Shown one piece after another: positions 38,438 to 53,737 of a stretch of DNA of 64,000 nucleotides. Position numbers and translations under genes: made by a program. How positions within the stretch are numbered: the stretch's first letter is position 1; the number at the start of each line of letters is the position of its first letter. The notes under the pieces were generated by a model. It worked only from the letters and a program-made list of their open reading frames with translations, was not told the DNA's origin and ran no database searches. Source of the DNA: Octopus sinensis (Eukaryota); contig NC_043008.1 in assembly GCF_006345805.1 (NCBI RefSeq), forward strand, positions 40,238,001 through 40,302,000, read 5' to 3'.

Positions 38438-38914
38438 TTGAGACCTTTTCAACTGTAACAAGTAAATAATTAAATTTAGAAAAATTAAAAGAAAAGTTTT
38501 TTTTTAAAGAATATTTGTATAATGTTCAAATATAAGTGGCATTTTCCTTGTTTCTACCTTTCTCCGTGTCTCTTGTTTACACTTGGTATGGAAGAAGAAG
38601 AAGAAGAAGAAGAAGAAGGAATACGAGGAGGAGGAGGAGACGGTGTGTAAGAATTTGGGATTGCCTTGATTGTCGCATTTTGAGAGGTCAGTGGCGGCTA
38701 GCAGTTGCTGATCAATTCATGAGAATATTTCTATTGAAAGGTTTGTTTATAGAATTTGCGTAGGTGTTATACTAAAAAGCATTAGTTATAAAGTTAGGAA
38801 GTAGAAGGGGGAGAAGAAGAAGAAGAAGAAGAGGGAGAAGAAAAAGAAGAAGAGGGAGAAGAAGAAGAAGATGATGTTGATGATGATGACGATGATGAAG
38901 GAGAAGAAGAAGAA

Positions 38915-38946
<32 letters not shown>

Positions 38947-39066
38947 ACAGGAAGAAGAAGAAGAAGAAGAAGAAGAAGAATAAGAAGAAGAAGAAGAAGA
39001 AGAAGAAAGAGAAGGGAGATATGAATGAGTGGAAGTAGTGAGGTGTTGTATGACATAAAGTTGGCA
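38438..39066 (-). mobile_element. Family P3 copy 2, truncated within the HHR
   Basis: Homologous to 19742-20323; keeps CAG-UUGAAAA-GGUC-UCAA, then similarity ends. Confidence 0.75.
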
Positions 39067-39161
39067 CGTTATGGGTTATAGCTGTGATTGGGGCTGATTT
39101 GTAATGGATTCTTAGGAATGTAATATTTTCGCGTGTATTTGAGTTATTCTAAATATATATC

Positions 39162-39379
39162 TACTCTTTTACTTGTTTCAGTCATTTGACTGCGGCCATG
39201 CTGGAGCACCGCCTCTAGTCGAGCAAATCGACCCCGGGACTTATTCTTTGTAAGTCCAGTACTTATTCTGTCGGTCTCTTTTGCCGAACCGCTAAGTGAC
39301 GGGGACGTAAACACACCAGCATCGGTTGTCAAGCAATGCTAGGGGAACAAACACAGACACACAAACACACACAACATAC

Positions 39380-39425
<46 letters not shown>

Positions 39426-39592
39426 TATACGACAGGCTTCTTTCAGTTTCCGTCTACCAAATCCACTCACAAGGCATTGGTCGGCCCGGGGCTATAGCAG
39501 AATACACTCGCCCAAGATGCCACGCAGTGGGACTGAACCTGGAACCATGTGATTGGTTTGCAAGCTACTTACCACACAGCCACTCCTGCGCC
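39162..39592 (-). mobile_element. SINE family A, full length
   Basis: Reverse complement of 35658-36052. Confidence 0.92.
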
Positions 39593-40029
39593 TAAGACAC
39601 AAGATACGGATGGATTCAAGTAATGCGGCAGTACTCATAAAAAAACCCCTGATAGAATATATAGTAATAAAAATGAGAAATGGATAAGTCCAAATTCTGC
39701 ATTATTTTCTGCGAATATTGCATTAATGCATACATGTAAGTAATTTATGTATTCTTAAATATGATAATGTCATCAAAATCTCTGTCATTTATGAAGTTAC
39801 AAAGATATATATGCGTGTGTGTGTGTGAAAGTAGTATGTATATATAATTATGTTCTTCGGCTACCTTCATTTTGAAAGTCGTCTACAGAAATTATTTATG
39901 CCTAATAGATCATGATCATGATATAATCCACGGAAGTAAATGCAACAATCGCAAAGGTTTATTCTTCTTCATCTTCTCATGGTTTTTTAATAGATTTAAA
40001 GCTCGGTCTTCTCACAGCAAGAGCATGTT

Positions 40030-40095
40030 ATTTATGAAACAAAGGACAATGCGCTTGATTGATTTATGAAACAAAGGACGATGCGCTTGATTGAT
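40030..40095. repeat. 32-bp tandem duplication
   Basis: atttatgaaacaaaggac(a/g)atgcgcttgattg x 2. Confidence 0.9.
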
Positions 40096-40844
40096 ATATA
40101 TCAATGAATTTTTAAATATTGCTGTAAATTTACTTTCATTGTGTCTTTCCCTCTGAAAGTATGCCATTGATTAATTCCTTTTAATGGAGATAGAGGATTT
40201 ACATTTTGAATGTATGGCATAGAAAGTCCTTGCGTAATAATAATCAATTAAAATGTCATGTAGCTAATCACGAAACAAATACTAATTGAACGAAAGGTCG
40301 GTTTCTCGATCACACTTGATTAATGGGACATATACGTAATTTCCTGTCTCCCTGAGTAAGAATCTAACCTGCACTCGGAATTTTTCTATTAACATGTAAT
40401 CAAGTTGAAGATTTTGTCACCGGGTTTTGTGTTCCGCACAGAATTTATGAATTGGATACAAGACAATATTCATATAATATTTCATTTCCATATATACACT
40501 GCTATATCTTGATGTCGTTTCTTCTTGTTATATTTCTATCGGTAGCTTAGTACTTGTGATAACGAGAAGGCAATCATCGCCATGAAATAGCGTACAACGA
40601 TTAGTGCATAAAGAAAATATAGTAGAATACTTATTTTAGTTATTTTGGTAGATCAGAATATCAATATTTCATCCTTTACAGGTTTTAAAGCTCATGGTTT
40701 CTATTAGAATTAATATTAAATTTAGGTGCTATTATTTACATTCATAGGGAACATGAGCGATTTCTTCGCTCTAAAGAAAATACGGATGCAAAGTTTATTA
40801 AATTTGGGTGCTATTATTTACAACATTTTCTATATTACTATATA

Positions 40845-41068
40845 TTTCTTTATTACCCACAAGGGGCTAACCATAGAGGGGACAAACAAGGACAAAGTAT
40901 TAAGTCGATTATATCGACCCAAGTGCGTAACTGATACTTAATTTATCGTCCCCGAAAGGATGAAAGGCAAAGTCGACCTCGGCGGAATTTGAACTCAGAA
41001 CGTAAAGGCAGACAAAATACGGCTGCGCATTTCGCCCGGCGTGCTAACGTTTCTGCCAGCTCGCAGCC
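40845..41068 (-). mobile_element. SINE family C, full length, with candidate 15-bp TSD
   Basis: ttctatattactata at 40828-40842 and 41069-41083; best-preserved C copy in the window. Confidence 0.9.
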
Positions 41069-41830
41069 TTCTATATTACTATAATATTTCTATATTACTA
41101 TGACATACTTGGAATTTGGAAGTGTATTATTTTATTTATTAGACCGATTCATTTATACATGTCTTGCAACACATGTAAATCTTTATCGATAGATTAATTC
41201 GGGCTGCATTTGGCATTTTTGGTGTAAGATGTAAAGATTTGCAGTGCTGTACATTCTGTACTGACATGCAATAACATAGTTTTAATTTCAGATTATGTCT
41301 GTAGATCATAATCTAAATGATTCAGACTTTTCTTTTGTATGAAATAATTACTCAGTTGTCATATTCATATATCATTCTGTAATCGTAAATACTATCTAAT
41401 CAAGGATTAAATTACGTTGTTTATACATTTGTGTCACCTTTATGGCATTTGTATGAGAGCGTACATAATTAAGTACCTGGCATCTGACCAAATATATTCC
41501 ACTAGTCTTGTTTCATACGTAATGTCTAAATACTGAGGGGTCACACATCGTTTTCGAAAGCAACGCCCACGGTTGAGGTTCACATAAATACATATGTAAA
41601 TATATATGTACTTGTGTGAGTAAGCGCATGCATGTGTATTATATACTTATATGCATGATTATGTAAGATATCCACATTCATACAGGTATATATAGTAAAT
41701 TTAATGAAAACACAATTCAAAAAAGGAATAAAAAACGAACAGAAAAAAATGAACACGAGGACGTGCACAAGAATTATAGTAGTTGATGAAAGGAGAGAGT
41801 TTATTAACGTTTCATGAAGATACACACACA

Positions 41831-41907
<77 letters not shown>

Positions 41908-41910
41908 GAG

Positions 41911-42070
41911 CAGATTTCATTCAGTCTCCATCTAAGAATTCCACTCCGAAGGCATTTTTCCATCTGAGGCTATATTAGAAGACACATGCCCAAGATACAT
42001 GCAGTGAGACTGAACCCGGAACTATAAGTTTGAGAAGCATGCTCCTTACCACTCAGACATGTCTGTGCCT
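41911..42070 (-). mobile_element. Diverged 5' half of a SINE A relative
   Basis: gaagacacatgcccaagat...gactgaacccggaac...cttaccactcag. Confidence 0.7.
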
Positions 42071-42072
42071 AG

Positions 42073-42104
<32 letters not shown>

Positions 42105-44394
42105 TTGTATAAATTTTCGGTCTGTAGATATATTCTGCATGACTGAATGTCTGTCTGCCATTCTGTAGAGCAAAGAAATGCTTTAGATAATTGCACTTAC
42201 TATGAATAGTTCTACGGCTATTCATATGATACAACATTCATAATCGAATTAATTATGCCGGATAATGATTGTAAGTCAATGCAGTGAAACTATACCACAC
42301 GGACTGCAGGCCGTTATCTATAATAAAACATACGTGCGCGTAAAAGCATACATAAACTCGTACACCATATAAATAATATCTGCGTGCGTATTTGTTTAAG
42401 CTTATAATTAATGTTCAAATGAAATTCACATGATGTTTAATGTTATTTACTGCTTTGAAGTAAATGTAATTATTAGTTCGATGTACTTTATAAAATTGAA
42501 AAGTACAATGTACCAGAATGTACATATCACCTTTGAAAAGGAAGCTAATACAATTCTTGCCCAAAAAAATATATAGTACATATTTATTCTAATCCTCTTA
42601 CACGCATTTGCTTTTTCTACTCATTGTTTTGCTCATATTCAAAAGGAAACAACAGATAATGGGGAAAACATTAAGTTTATTATCCTCGATGCCATCAGTA
42701 TCATCTTTATTTGCAGACTTCCACACCCCCCATAATTATATAAGACCCACACCACACTCACTAACAACATTATACTTATCACTAACATCGCCGTTTCCGT
42801 TGCTGACGCTCATTGGCCGCATCAACGTCATCGCAGTCGTCGTAGTCATCATCGTCGTTATCATCAATCCCCTTATCTATGCCACATAAAGATAAACAGT
42901 TTAAATCTCAACAGTAATATAATTAATATGAACAAGTTTTCACAATAGGAAGTCCTTTGTTAGAAAACTCTCTTTGAACGGAAAATCCGTCTTATTTCAT
43001 TTTACATAATTTGTTTTTATATAAAATATTCTCAACGTTCATGGGATCTGTTCCTTATTTTATATAATTTAACCATCGTAATACTGATTCTTTCACCATA
43101 GCCATCATGCTGAGTATACATCACGTGTCTCTACTAGGGAGAACCCCAATGTACTTTAGAAAATATACTTAAATAACAGCGTTTCGTATCCGTCACATCA
43201 AAATAAATATACGCAAGCGCATCTTTATCACTGGCCCTTGTCCATTAGTATAATTTCTTTTATATTACGGTTATGTCCAATTCGTTGCGAAAAGTTTAGT
43301 GGGTTGTCAAGATTCAACACCTCTTATACTATTATAGCAGTGGTTCAAAGAGTTGACTGCTCTGCACAATCTTATTTAGTATGTGCCTCTATTAATGTTT
43401 TAGGGAAATTACTGCATTCATTAATTTGTTATAGAAATTACGCATGTAAGGGGGTAAATAAAGAAACTTTTCGCAGCACCTGACTTGTTTTTTTTGCACT
43501 AAAATCTCAAGTTCCTACTAATATTCTAATCTCAAGAAAGAATGTTAATAAAGTGTTTCACGTTCAGAGTTTAACTTGTGAAAATTTGAAATTTCTCAAG
43601 AAACATAAATCGCGATATATGTAAATACCCAGCACTTACGCTAAAGACTACTCCACAAATACTAACATGTGCAGAGCTCATAACTTCCTGACAAGGGCAC
43701 CCAGATTACGAAAACCTTTGCAAAGATAACGAAAGGAGGTTCAGAATTTGAATCCAGTAAATGACACCCATAGCAACTGAGCGAGAATAAATCACTGTCT
43801 TTTGTAGACGAAGCACTTGCCGTTGCTTTCGTACTAGGTATTATGAAAATGACTGTGAACACCATAGATCTATAAGAGAGTTATTCAGAGAAACAGAAAG
43901 CGTATACGTGAAGGACTCTTTCAATCAATCCTAGCTTCTATAGACCGGCGTTCTTAATTATTTGCGAACATTTGATATATAAATTAATCCTGAGCATGTG
44001 TGAGTTAAGAACTATTGCCCTCTGAAATTAAATGTGATCTGGTATTCTGGTATTCTGGTATTTGGGCAACGTCGCTGCATAAAGCATTTTTGATGCATTA
44101 AGTTGTTGTTCAAAATTCTGAATATTACGAATTTACGCGTTCTTAACTCCTAAAAACTCTCAAGAGTCAAACAATAAATATACTGAAGGATCACAAACGA
44201 TGGTGAAAATCAGTTTATGGTAGGAAATATCGTCAAATTCTATATCAGAAACCATACATAAGAACGATGAAGGAACACCAGTAAATACGATCAGTTAGTC
44301 GACAAATGAAGTGCGAATGGCAACTGCGCATTGGGAGTGGCTTAGAGAATTGCACTGGATAAAATTAGAAACGCACGCATGATTAATTATATGT

Positions 44395-44702
44395 GGAGGC
44401 GCATAGCTCGAAGATTAGAGCGTCGGACTTACAATCATGAAGTCGTAAATTCAATTTCTGGACAGGATTTTGGGTACTATTCTTAAAAGAAACATTTTAT
44501 TTTACGTTGATCCAGTTCACTCAGCTGTAGAAATGAGTTGCCACGTCACAGGCGCTAAGCTCTATCGGTCTTTGTCTTTCCCTTGGACAACATCAGTGGC
44601 GTGGATAGGGGAGACTAGTATGCAGAAGCGACTGCTGGTCTTCCCCACACATTTCTGCCTGGATTTGTGCCTCGGATTGTAACTTTCTAGGTGCAGTCCC
44701 AC
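44395..44702 (+). mobile_element. tRNA-headed SINE family D (CORE-like)
   Basis: ggaggcgcatagctcgaagattagagcgtcggac... head, then atccagttcactcagctgtagaaatgag. The CORE resemblance is from memory. Confidence 0.65.
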
Positions 44703-45749
44703 CAAATGTGGTCTTTACTTTTTTTACACACATATACACACACATACATGTGTCCTTTTATGAGTATACCTCTGCATTTCTATATATGAGAACATGTGGG
44801 TTGATGTATCGAAACTATTGCAAAATTACAATATAAAAGGAATGCATTATCTACTCACCTGATGGAATGTCTCATCTGATGCCTAAATGTAGACTATTTT
44901 ATCATTTGGTAGTGACATGACAGAAACCACTGCTGTAACGGTATAAGAAGTACTGGCTCTTTAAAACATCTTAAAGATTTTCTGAACGAATTGGGCATAT
45001 CCGTGATATAAAAGAAACTATACTAATAGGCCAGTGACCCTTGATAAAGAAGCACTTGCGTTGAAATATTTTGAGAGAGTGGACATAGAATGCAGCACGC
45101 GTATATTTAAGTCTATTTTTTAAATAGCATTGGGGTTCACCTTAGCAGGCAGAAGTGGTATTATACATTCTGTCTTTCACCTGGTACGATCCTGTTCATC
45201 TCTCCCTCAACTAAATATCTACTTATTCCACTTTACTGTATCATGTTTTTTTTTTATTTTAGGCAAACTCTCCCTCCCTTTCTTTCTCTTCTTCTCTCTC
45301 ATATTCTCTGCTCCCTAACGCACACAGAAAGAAACACGCAAATGCATAAAATATATTTAGATTACATCTCCTGGGCTACTGATTTTTCAAAAAATATCTT
45401 ATACCATAAAATGAATACGTAGGCTTCAGCGTACTTCTAATTTTGCTCATATAAAGTGTGTATTGATTCTGATAACGCGGAAGCTTTGAAAACAGGGGAC
45501 AACTGATGAAGGGAATGTTCTTTATGTTGCCTGTTTCGTTTCTCTATTTGTTTCTTTCGTTGTTCGAAAAAAAGTTCGTTTACTATGTATTTGTTTTATA
45601 TATTCTCGTTTCTCATTTTGATCAGGGGTTTTTTACGTCCTGTGCCCATATATGCAAGTATATATTTATATATATTTATCTATACACACACATAGATATA
45701 CATATATATTCATACATTTATATATTTACACACAAACACAGAAATACAA

Positions 45750-45781
<32 letters not shown>

Positions 45782-46042
45782 CTATGGGAATTTTCCTTGT
45801 ATTGTTTGTCTTGTACTCTGTTTTTTCGTTGTTAAAAAAAGTCCGTTTGTTCTTACGTTTTCGTTTCTCGTTGAGTTCTACGTCTATTTGTGGTGTCTTG
45901 TACTCACATATATATATATTTATATATGCATGTATATATACATGTAGATGTAGGTACGTACATATATGTATGTATGTATGCATATATTTTATTTTATTTA
46001 TATATATATATATATATATATACACATACACACATAACACAT

Positions 46043-46148
<106 letters not shown>

Positions 46149-46407
46149 GTATATACGAAAATGAAAATATGTGAATGGAAATAAAATGATCAATCAAGAT
46201 TTGATAATTAAAATACTTCGAAATTTACAAAATAATTTATTTTGTAGATATATTACCTCATTTGAACTGATTACAGAATATTTGTAACGTTGTTGTATAG
46301 AAGTCATTAAGCTTTGCAAAATGTGAGTTGAAAAACATAGAAACACAGGAAGTTTATAATCGGCCGAAAATATTGATAAGCCGGCGTTTCCCTCATACAA
46401 ATTGTGG

Positions 46408-46476
<69 letters not shown>

Positions 46477-46984
46477 TGAATGTGTGTGTGTGTGTGAATG
46501 TGTGCGAGCGGGGTTATGTGTGAGTGTGTGTTGGGGGTATGTATGAGTGTGTTTCTGTGTGAGTGTATACTCGTATCCGGGTAGTTAATGCATATCGACT
46601 GCTGAGCCTTTTCACCCTGATCAGTACAACATGCCGGTGCCTTAGGTGGCTGTTTATGCGAAGGGCGGTATAGAAGAGCCGGGAGCATGTATCGTAGCGG
46701 AGGGTTGGCGGAGAATGAGGAAGTTCGAAGCACTCTGTGGGAATACATTAGAAGAGATTTAAATTAACAATGGCATTCGAGGAGTCCGATTATAGCACAA
46801 GAAATTCTGAACTGGCTGTATTGATGATGCGTCAAAAGCAAATTTTCATTGAATGATAATAATTTTAATGTCAGTAACATGAAATAAATTTGTATATTGA
46901 AATATATTTTTATATTTACGTGTGTTAATGTACGAATGCAGGCATATATCACAGATCTACTTACACGCACACACGTATACTAAT

Positions 46985-47062
46985 ACATTTAAATGCGTAT
47001 AAATAACATATATATATATATTTATAAAAATATTTTATATATGTATATATATATTATATATA

Positions 47063-47126
<64 letters not shown>

Positions 47127-47198
47127 ATATATATATATATGTATATATATAATTATAAATGTATACATAACTATATATATATTTATAAAAATATTTTA

Positions 47199-47236
<38 letters not shown>

Positions 47237-47250
47237 TATATATATATAAG

Positions 47251-47299
<49 letters not shown>

Positions 47300-47360
47300 A
47301 TATATGTGAGTGTACCTATATAAAGCATGTAGGTAATGTATGTAAGTATGTATATATAAA
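46985..47360. repeat. Long interrupted (AT)n array
   Basis: Directly visible; contains an internal duplication (atttataaaaatattttatatatgtatat at about 47020 and 47180). Confidence 0.95.
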
Positions 47361-47822
47361 GAGACACGTAACGTGACGGAGTCAATGAAAACAAAATATT
47401 GCATGAATAGATTAAATAAAGTTAAAAAAATCTCTTGTGTTGAGCAACAAATTTGTAAAATAGGATCCTAATTTGTACATGAATAGAATGAAGAAAAGTG
47501 TGTGTGTATCAGGTAATGGAATTATATTTATTAAAGGAATATTTATTTTGTTGATTAGTTATTTGGCTCCATTTTTTATTGTTTTTCATGTATTCTCTTT
47601 AATTAGCATAGTATATATAATGATATGTGGTCTTATGAATATGTTTATACTGACTGACACACTATTGCACACCCATGGTCCAATGTGTATATCCGCACAA
47701 ACATACACACATATATATATATATTTACACCCGTATATATATATATATATAAATATATATATATACTTACATATAATTATACATATGCATATACATCGAT
47801 ACACATAATTGATACACGTAAT

Positions 47823-47854
<32 letters not shown>

Positions 47855-49063
47855 CTTACACATAATTATACATATGCATATACATAGATACATATACTTA
47901 TGGATATACATGTATGAATATGTATGTTTATAAATATATATATATAATATATATATATACAACCTATGTATACAAACACACACACACATATAAGCGTATG
48001 CAAATGTATATAATGTATGTAGATATGTAATAATATTTACTGCGTGTTTTGTAAAGTATTTACATGGAAAATAACAAAGCAAATATCAAAAACAATTTTT
48101 TCCCAATAAATTGAAGCTTAGTTAAATGAATGGAACAGTTTTCAAATAGATAAATAGATCAAATTATGAGTATATTTATTTTTTAAGGCATCAAACACTT
48201 CTTTATTCGTTTTATAAATTGTTTAGAAGCAAGAAGTTCATGTTTGTAACTAAATATCATTAAAAACAAACTCAGTTATGTTAGACTTCATCTTTGCTTT
48301 TTTTTTATATGGTGACAAAACATATAAGATGTTGTTATATCTATACAATATATAAACATAAATTCACCTACATAATAGCATACATACGCTTAGACAAGCA
48401 TGCATGCATATATATGTGTGTGAGAGTGTGTGTGTGCATGTGAGTGTGTGTCTCTGTGTACATGTACACATATATATACATATGTATATATATGTGTGTA
48501 TGTACGCGTACGTGCCTCTGTATGCGTGCGTGTGTGTATGACTCTATTCGTAACCTCAGTTCGTTCACTCAATGGAATATGTATGATATTTAAAATAATT
48601 ATCGTTATGCGATTTAATAATATTTGATCTCATGATATGATTAAGACGTCTGTGATGTTTTAATCAAATTTAGCTCCAATTTTCCCAAAGAATCTTTGAA
48701 GCTGTGTGTTTCAAAGTTGCAACTATATATTTTTTACTTGTACTAGCTACGGAAAACGAGATTTTAATGTGTATTTCCTAATAGATTATTATTGTTATGT
48801 TTGTCATAAATCTCTGACATTTCTTTAGATTATGTCTTTAATAGTCGTACTTACGGCCCACCATAGAAGTGCAAAGACTTCAAAAATCTAAAAACAAAAA
48901 CATGAAAACGACTAAGAATATATATCTAGTGTTATTAAGCATTACCGCTGTATGCTTGGTCTTATTTTATACAGAGGTGCACTCTTTCTAGAACAGAAAG
49001 TAAATTATTTAAACAGCTTGTATGCGGAAATTATGTACACACACACACACACACACACACACA

Positions 49064-49113
<50 letters not shown>

Positions 49114-50722
49114 TATATATATAATATATATATATAATATATATATATATGTATGTATATCGTGTATTTCTAAATTTCTAATTAAGGAAATGCATTTTCA
49201 GAAATATCTTTCATATTTTTGAATGAAATATAAAATGATCTCATCAAGATTACAGATCTCCCCAAAACTATTTTGTATCCCAAATTCCTAATGAAATAAA
49301 TGTCGACCTCCCTGTCGCCGGCGGCGGTATCTCTTAAACTAAATTCTTATCTGCATTGCAAGGTGGATGACTATCGCCTTATCAATACACTGAAGTCACA
49401 GGCCACATCTGAAACTCTTCAGCTCTGTCGGTTTACTACTGGTAAGGTCGACGTACAATAATCCATTTAACTTATCCTACACTACAACATCCATCTACCA
49501 GTATCCATTGCTGCCACATTCCTACGCCTTGCTAAACATGTATGGTTTGTTCACAGTTTTTACCTCTTTTATTGCTTTGATAAATATGTCAACATATAAA
49601 TTATGGGTACTATGGTTGGTTTCACTGAGGCAAACATCTCAACAAATCACGTCGACGAAAATACGTTCGCCATATTCACAGGACTCCAAAGCTCTAGGAT
49701 CACATTGACAACTCTATCGTTATAACCACACATTGTAGAAACCAGTTTGATTGGTTGATTTCGTTTACTGACTTCTTCCCATAATTCCAGATATCCCTTC
49801 CACGTTACCTAAAATCTCGAATATCTTCCTAGAAATATCGAAATATCACTCAACATCAACCACATTGATCTTTCCACATTCTTTGCTTAAAATCTCACTG
49901 GCTATTACGTCACACATCAAGCTTACCAATATTCTGTTTGTCTCGTCATCAATTCATTTTGAAACTCAATATGTCGAATGATCCCTCTCTCCATCTGTTA
50001 ATACTCTCACTCAAAAGTGGAGTTCATATTCATCCATGCCCAGACCATCGAGTTTCTACCCTCTATTCATAGATTCAGGCATGATTTTCGTTTACGTCGC
50101 CTTCCATTTGTCTACTCGCTGACATCATAATCGCTCTCAAAGGCATCGTCTCTGTCTTCATTGAAGAAGGAATTTCTGGACCTCGAAGACCTACACACGT
50201 TCTAAATATATATCTCCATCATATTCACGCATATCCTATTGAAATTTCTTTTCCACGCTCTATGTATTCTCCCCATTCCTTCTCTGCTTCTCTGCAAGTT
50301 TTTCTGGCAGGTTTTGTATATATAGATTCACTCTCTCTCGCAATTTTAAGAAATTCCCGGCTAGTCTCATTTTGTCAAACACAAGATGCAAAAAAGATAT
50401 TAGCTTTTAAATTTCTATTTATTCAAATTAAAAAAAAAGCGCATTCATTGACATAAGTACCTGCCACCTAACTTTTTACTTGCCCTCTATCTACCGATCT
50501 CTTTCCCTCTTTCTCTTTCTCTCCCTTTCTCTATGTCTCTTCACTCCCTCTCTCTGTCTTCGTTATCTAACTACCTACCTAGATAGATTTTGCGTTTTAC
50601 TTTGTAACTTTTCGAATTGTTCCGGCCTTACGTAACAACCTTTTTTAATATATATGTGTGTGTTTGTGTGTGTGTGTATGTATGTGTGTGTCAGTGTGTC
50701 TGTGTGTGTGTTTGTGTGTGTG

Positions 50723-53700
50723 TATATAACAAACTGATGAATACGCATCATTTCATTACAGCTGTTCAAGTGGACTTCTATAATAGATGCTTTTAAAATA
50801 TCATGTATATAACTTTATAACAGGTGCCTAATTGATAACAATGTCACGGTTTAGCACGATTTCAACAATATTTATTCGATTAACATTATTATTGTTAAAA
50901 TTACAAACACAGGCGCGCACACAAGCATACACAAACAGAAGACAGGATATAGAAGCTTCAAGTTTAAGTGCCCATGAAATGGAAGAAGTAGTATATATTT
51001 GTGATATCAAATATAAGAAAACAGACAGCCATTAACGCTTATCATGTGGAAGATTTTTATGAATCTTCCGAGAACGCAACAAAATTCGTTGTTATATGAA
51101 TCATAATTGAATGATTGTCATACACTGAAGCCTTTATATTGGAGAAATTTATCAAAGCACGTCGCTGTTACATAGCCATTAGAGGCAGTCCTCTTCAGTA
51201 TATCTTATCAAAATGAAAATATATTTGCATGACCGTACTTTAAACACAAGGCTCTTACTTAATCAAAGTCGTATTTTCATCTAACAGAATCATGATGGAT
51301 ATTATATGTAAACAATCCTTCCTTAATGTATACTTAGTAGCCTCTGTCCTCGCGTCACAACTCTCATATACGTAGATCATCCTAAGGTGTAGTTATTTAA
51401 TATACATATATAAAAGTATTAATGAAAAATATGAAATCTTTTAGAATAACATGTTTCGAATTAGAAAAACATTTTCAGTCGCTGACAGTTGATCCCTGTC
51501 TGCTACAAATATTTCTGGTGTTGGACCTGATGGTAACTATTGCTGGTGAATAAATATTTCTCCTATAAAAAAAAAAGCATCAATATTAGGGATGGGTGAA
51601 CTCGATTGTACAGCACTCACTATTTGCTGATAATTATTCAGTTCCAAACCCTACTGGAATTCGAACGAGTGTTTAAGTAGAAACAATTTTATTTGATGCA
51701 CTACTGGATCTTAAACCTACAGTGACTGGTTGTTGCTTTGTTTGTGACCTCAGAAAGATATAGTTAAATTCAAACACGATGGCGTTTTATATATGGGTAT
51801 GAGGGGGCACTTGACTAAACAACATAAAACATTTTTCATGGTTACCTACTGACTGTGTCTCATGTCACTCAATAACATTAATGAATGCTTATATACACCA
51901 GTGAAAGCGACAACCAGCAGCGACCTCTCATATGCATTTAGTCTCAATTATTTGTACAGTATGTTTTGTCATTTGAGAGTGTAATGCCACACACCAAATG
52001 GCAACGAAATAGCAAATCATTATTGAAGATTCATGTAATCCATAAGTAGTGAGTATATAACCATACATTGTTGTCTGTAGTTGTATTCAACGAATGGAAA
52101 ATATTTGATGCTGGAAACATTGTGAATTCAGTTCTTATAAGGCATGAATAGTTACACTGACGCCCTTCTAGATCCTATTGTATACGCCTATACGTGCATA
52201 AAGCAGGTGTGTGTGTGTGTGTGTGTTGTGTGTGTGTATATAACAACTGATGAATACGCATCATTTCATTACAGCTGTTCAAGTGGACTTCTATAATAGA
52301 TGCTTTTAAAATATCATGTATATAACTTTATAACAGGTGCCTAATTGATAACAATGTCACGGTTTAGCACGATTTCAACAATATTTATTCGATTAACATT
52401 ATTATTGTTAAAATTACAAACACAGGCGCGCACACAAGCATACACAAGCAGAAGACAGGATATAGAAGCTTCAAGTTTAAGTGCCCATGAAATGGAAGAA
52501 GTAGTATATATTTGTGATATCAAATATAAGAAAACAGACAGCCATTAACGCTTATCATGTGGAAGATTTTTATGAATCTTCCGAGAACGCAACAAAATTC
52601 GTTGTTATATGAATCATAATTGAATGATTGTCATACACTGAAGCCTTTATATTGGAGAAATTTATCAAAGCACGTCGCTGTTACATAGCCATTAGAGGCA
52701 CTCCTCTTCAGTATATCTTATCAAAATGAAAATATATTTGCATGACCGTACTTTAAACACAAGGCTCTTACTTAATCAAAGTCGTATTTTCATCTAACAG
52801 AATCATGATGGATATTATATGTAAACAATCCTTCCTTAATGTATACTTACTAGCCTCTGTCCTCGCGTCACAACTCTCATATACGTAGATCATCCTAAGG
52901 TGTAGTTATTTAATATACATATATAAAAGTATTAATGAAAAATATGAAATCTTTTAGAATAACATGTTTCGAATTAGAAAAACATTTTCAGTCGCTGACA
53001 GTTGATCCCTGTCTGCTACAAATATTTCTGGTGTTGGACCTGATGGTAACTATTGCTGGTGAATAAATATTTCTCCTATAAAAAAAAAAGCATCAATATT
53101 TAGGGATGGGTGAACTCGATTGTACAGCACTCACTATTTGCTGATAATTATTCAGTTCCAAACCCTACTGGAATTCGAACGAGTGTTTAAGTAGAAACAA
53201 TTTTATTTGATGCACTACTGGATCTTAAACCTACAGTGACTGGTTGTTGCTTTGTTTGTGACCTCAGAAAGATATAGTTAAATTCAAACACGATGGCGTT
53301 TTATATATGGGTATGAGGGGGCACTTGACTAAACAACATAAAACATTTTTCATGGTTACCTACTGACTGTGTCTCATGTCACTCAATAACATTAATGAAT
53401 GCTTATATACACCAGTGAAAGCGACAACCAGCAGCGACCTCTCATATGCATTTAGTCTCAATTATTTGTACAGTATGTTTTGTCATTTGAGAGTGTAATG
53501 CCACACACCAAATGGCAACGAAATAGCAAATCATTATTGAAGATTCATGTAATCCATAAGTAGTGAGTATATAACCATACATTGTTGTCTGTAGTTGTAT
53601 TCAACGAATGGAAAATATTTGATGCTGGAAACATTGTGAATTCAGTTCTTATAAGGCATGAATAGTTACACTGACGCCCTTCTAGATCCTATTGTATACG

Positions 53701-53737
53701 CCTATACGTGCATAAAGCAGGTGTGTGTGTGTGTGTG

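Noticed and set aside
40030-40095. 32-bp repeat as a CRISPR-like array
   Set aside because: Two adjacent copies with no spacer, in eukaryotic DNA.
43667-43833. Minus-strand 167-nt candidate exon
   Set aside because: Moderate splice sites and an unrecognised peptide; within chance expectation.
44859-44882. 24-nt frame-neutral microexon candidate (ASDETFHQ) with CAG|GTGAGT
   Set aside because: Too short to distinguish from chance, although phase-compatible with 37774-37873.
45470-45640. CUGAUAA/CUGAUGA motifs in a probable PLE-like fragment
   Set aside because: No stem II plus GAAA plus stem I arrangement could be built.
49360-50330. Possible decayed CR1/L2-like LINE or small exon (VDDYRLINTLK...)
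   Set aside because: I could not recover collinear RT motifs with confidence.
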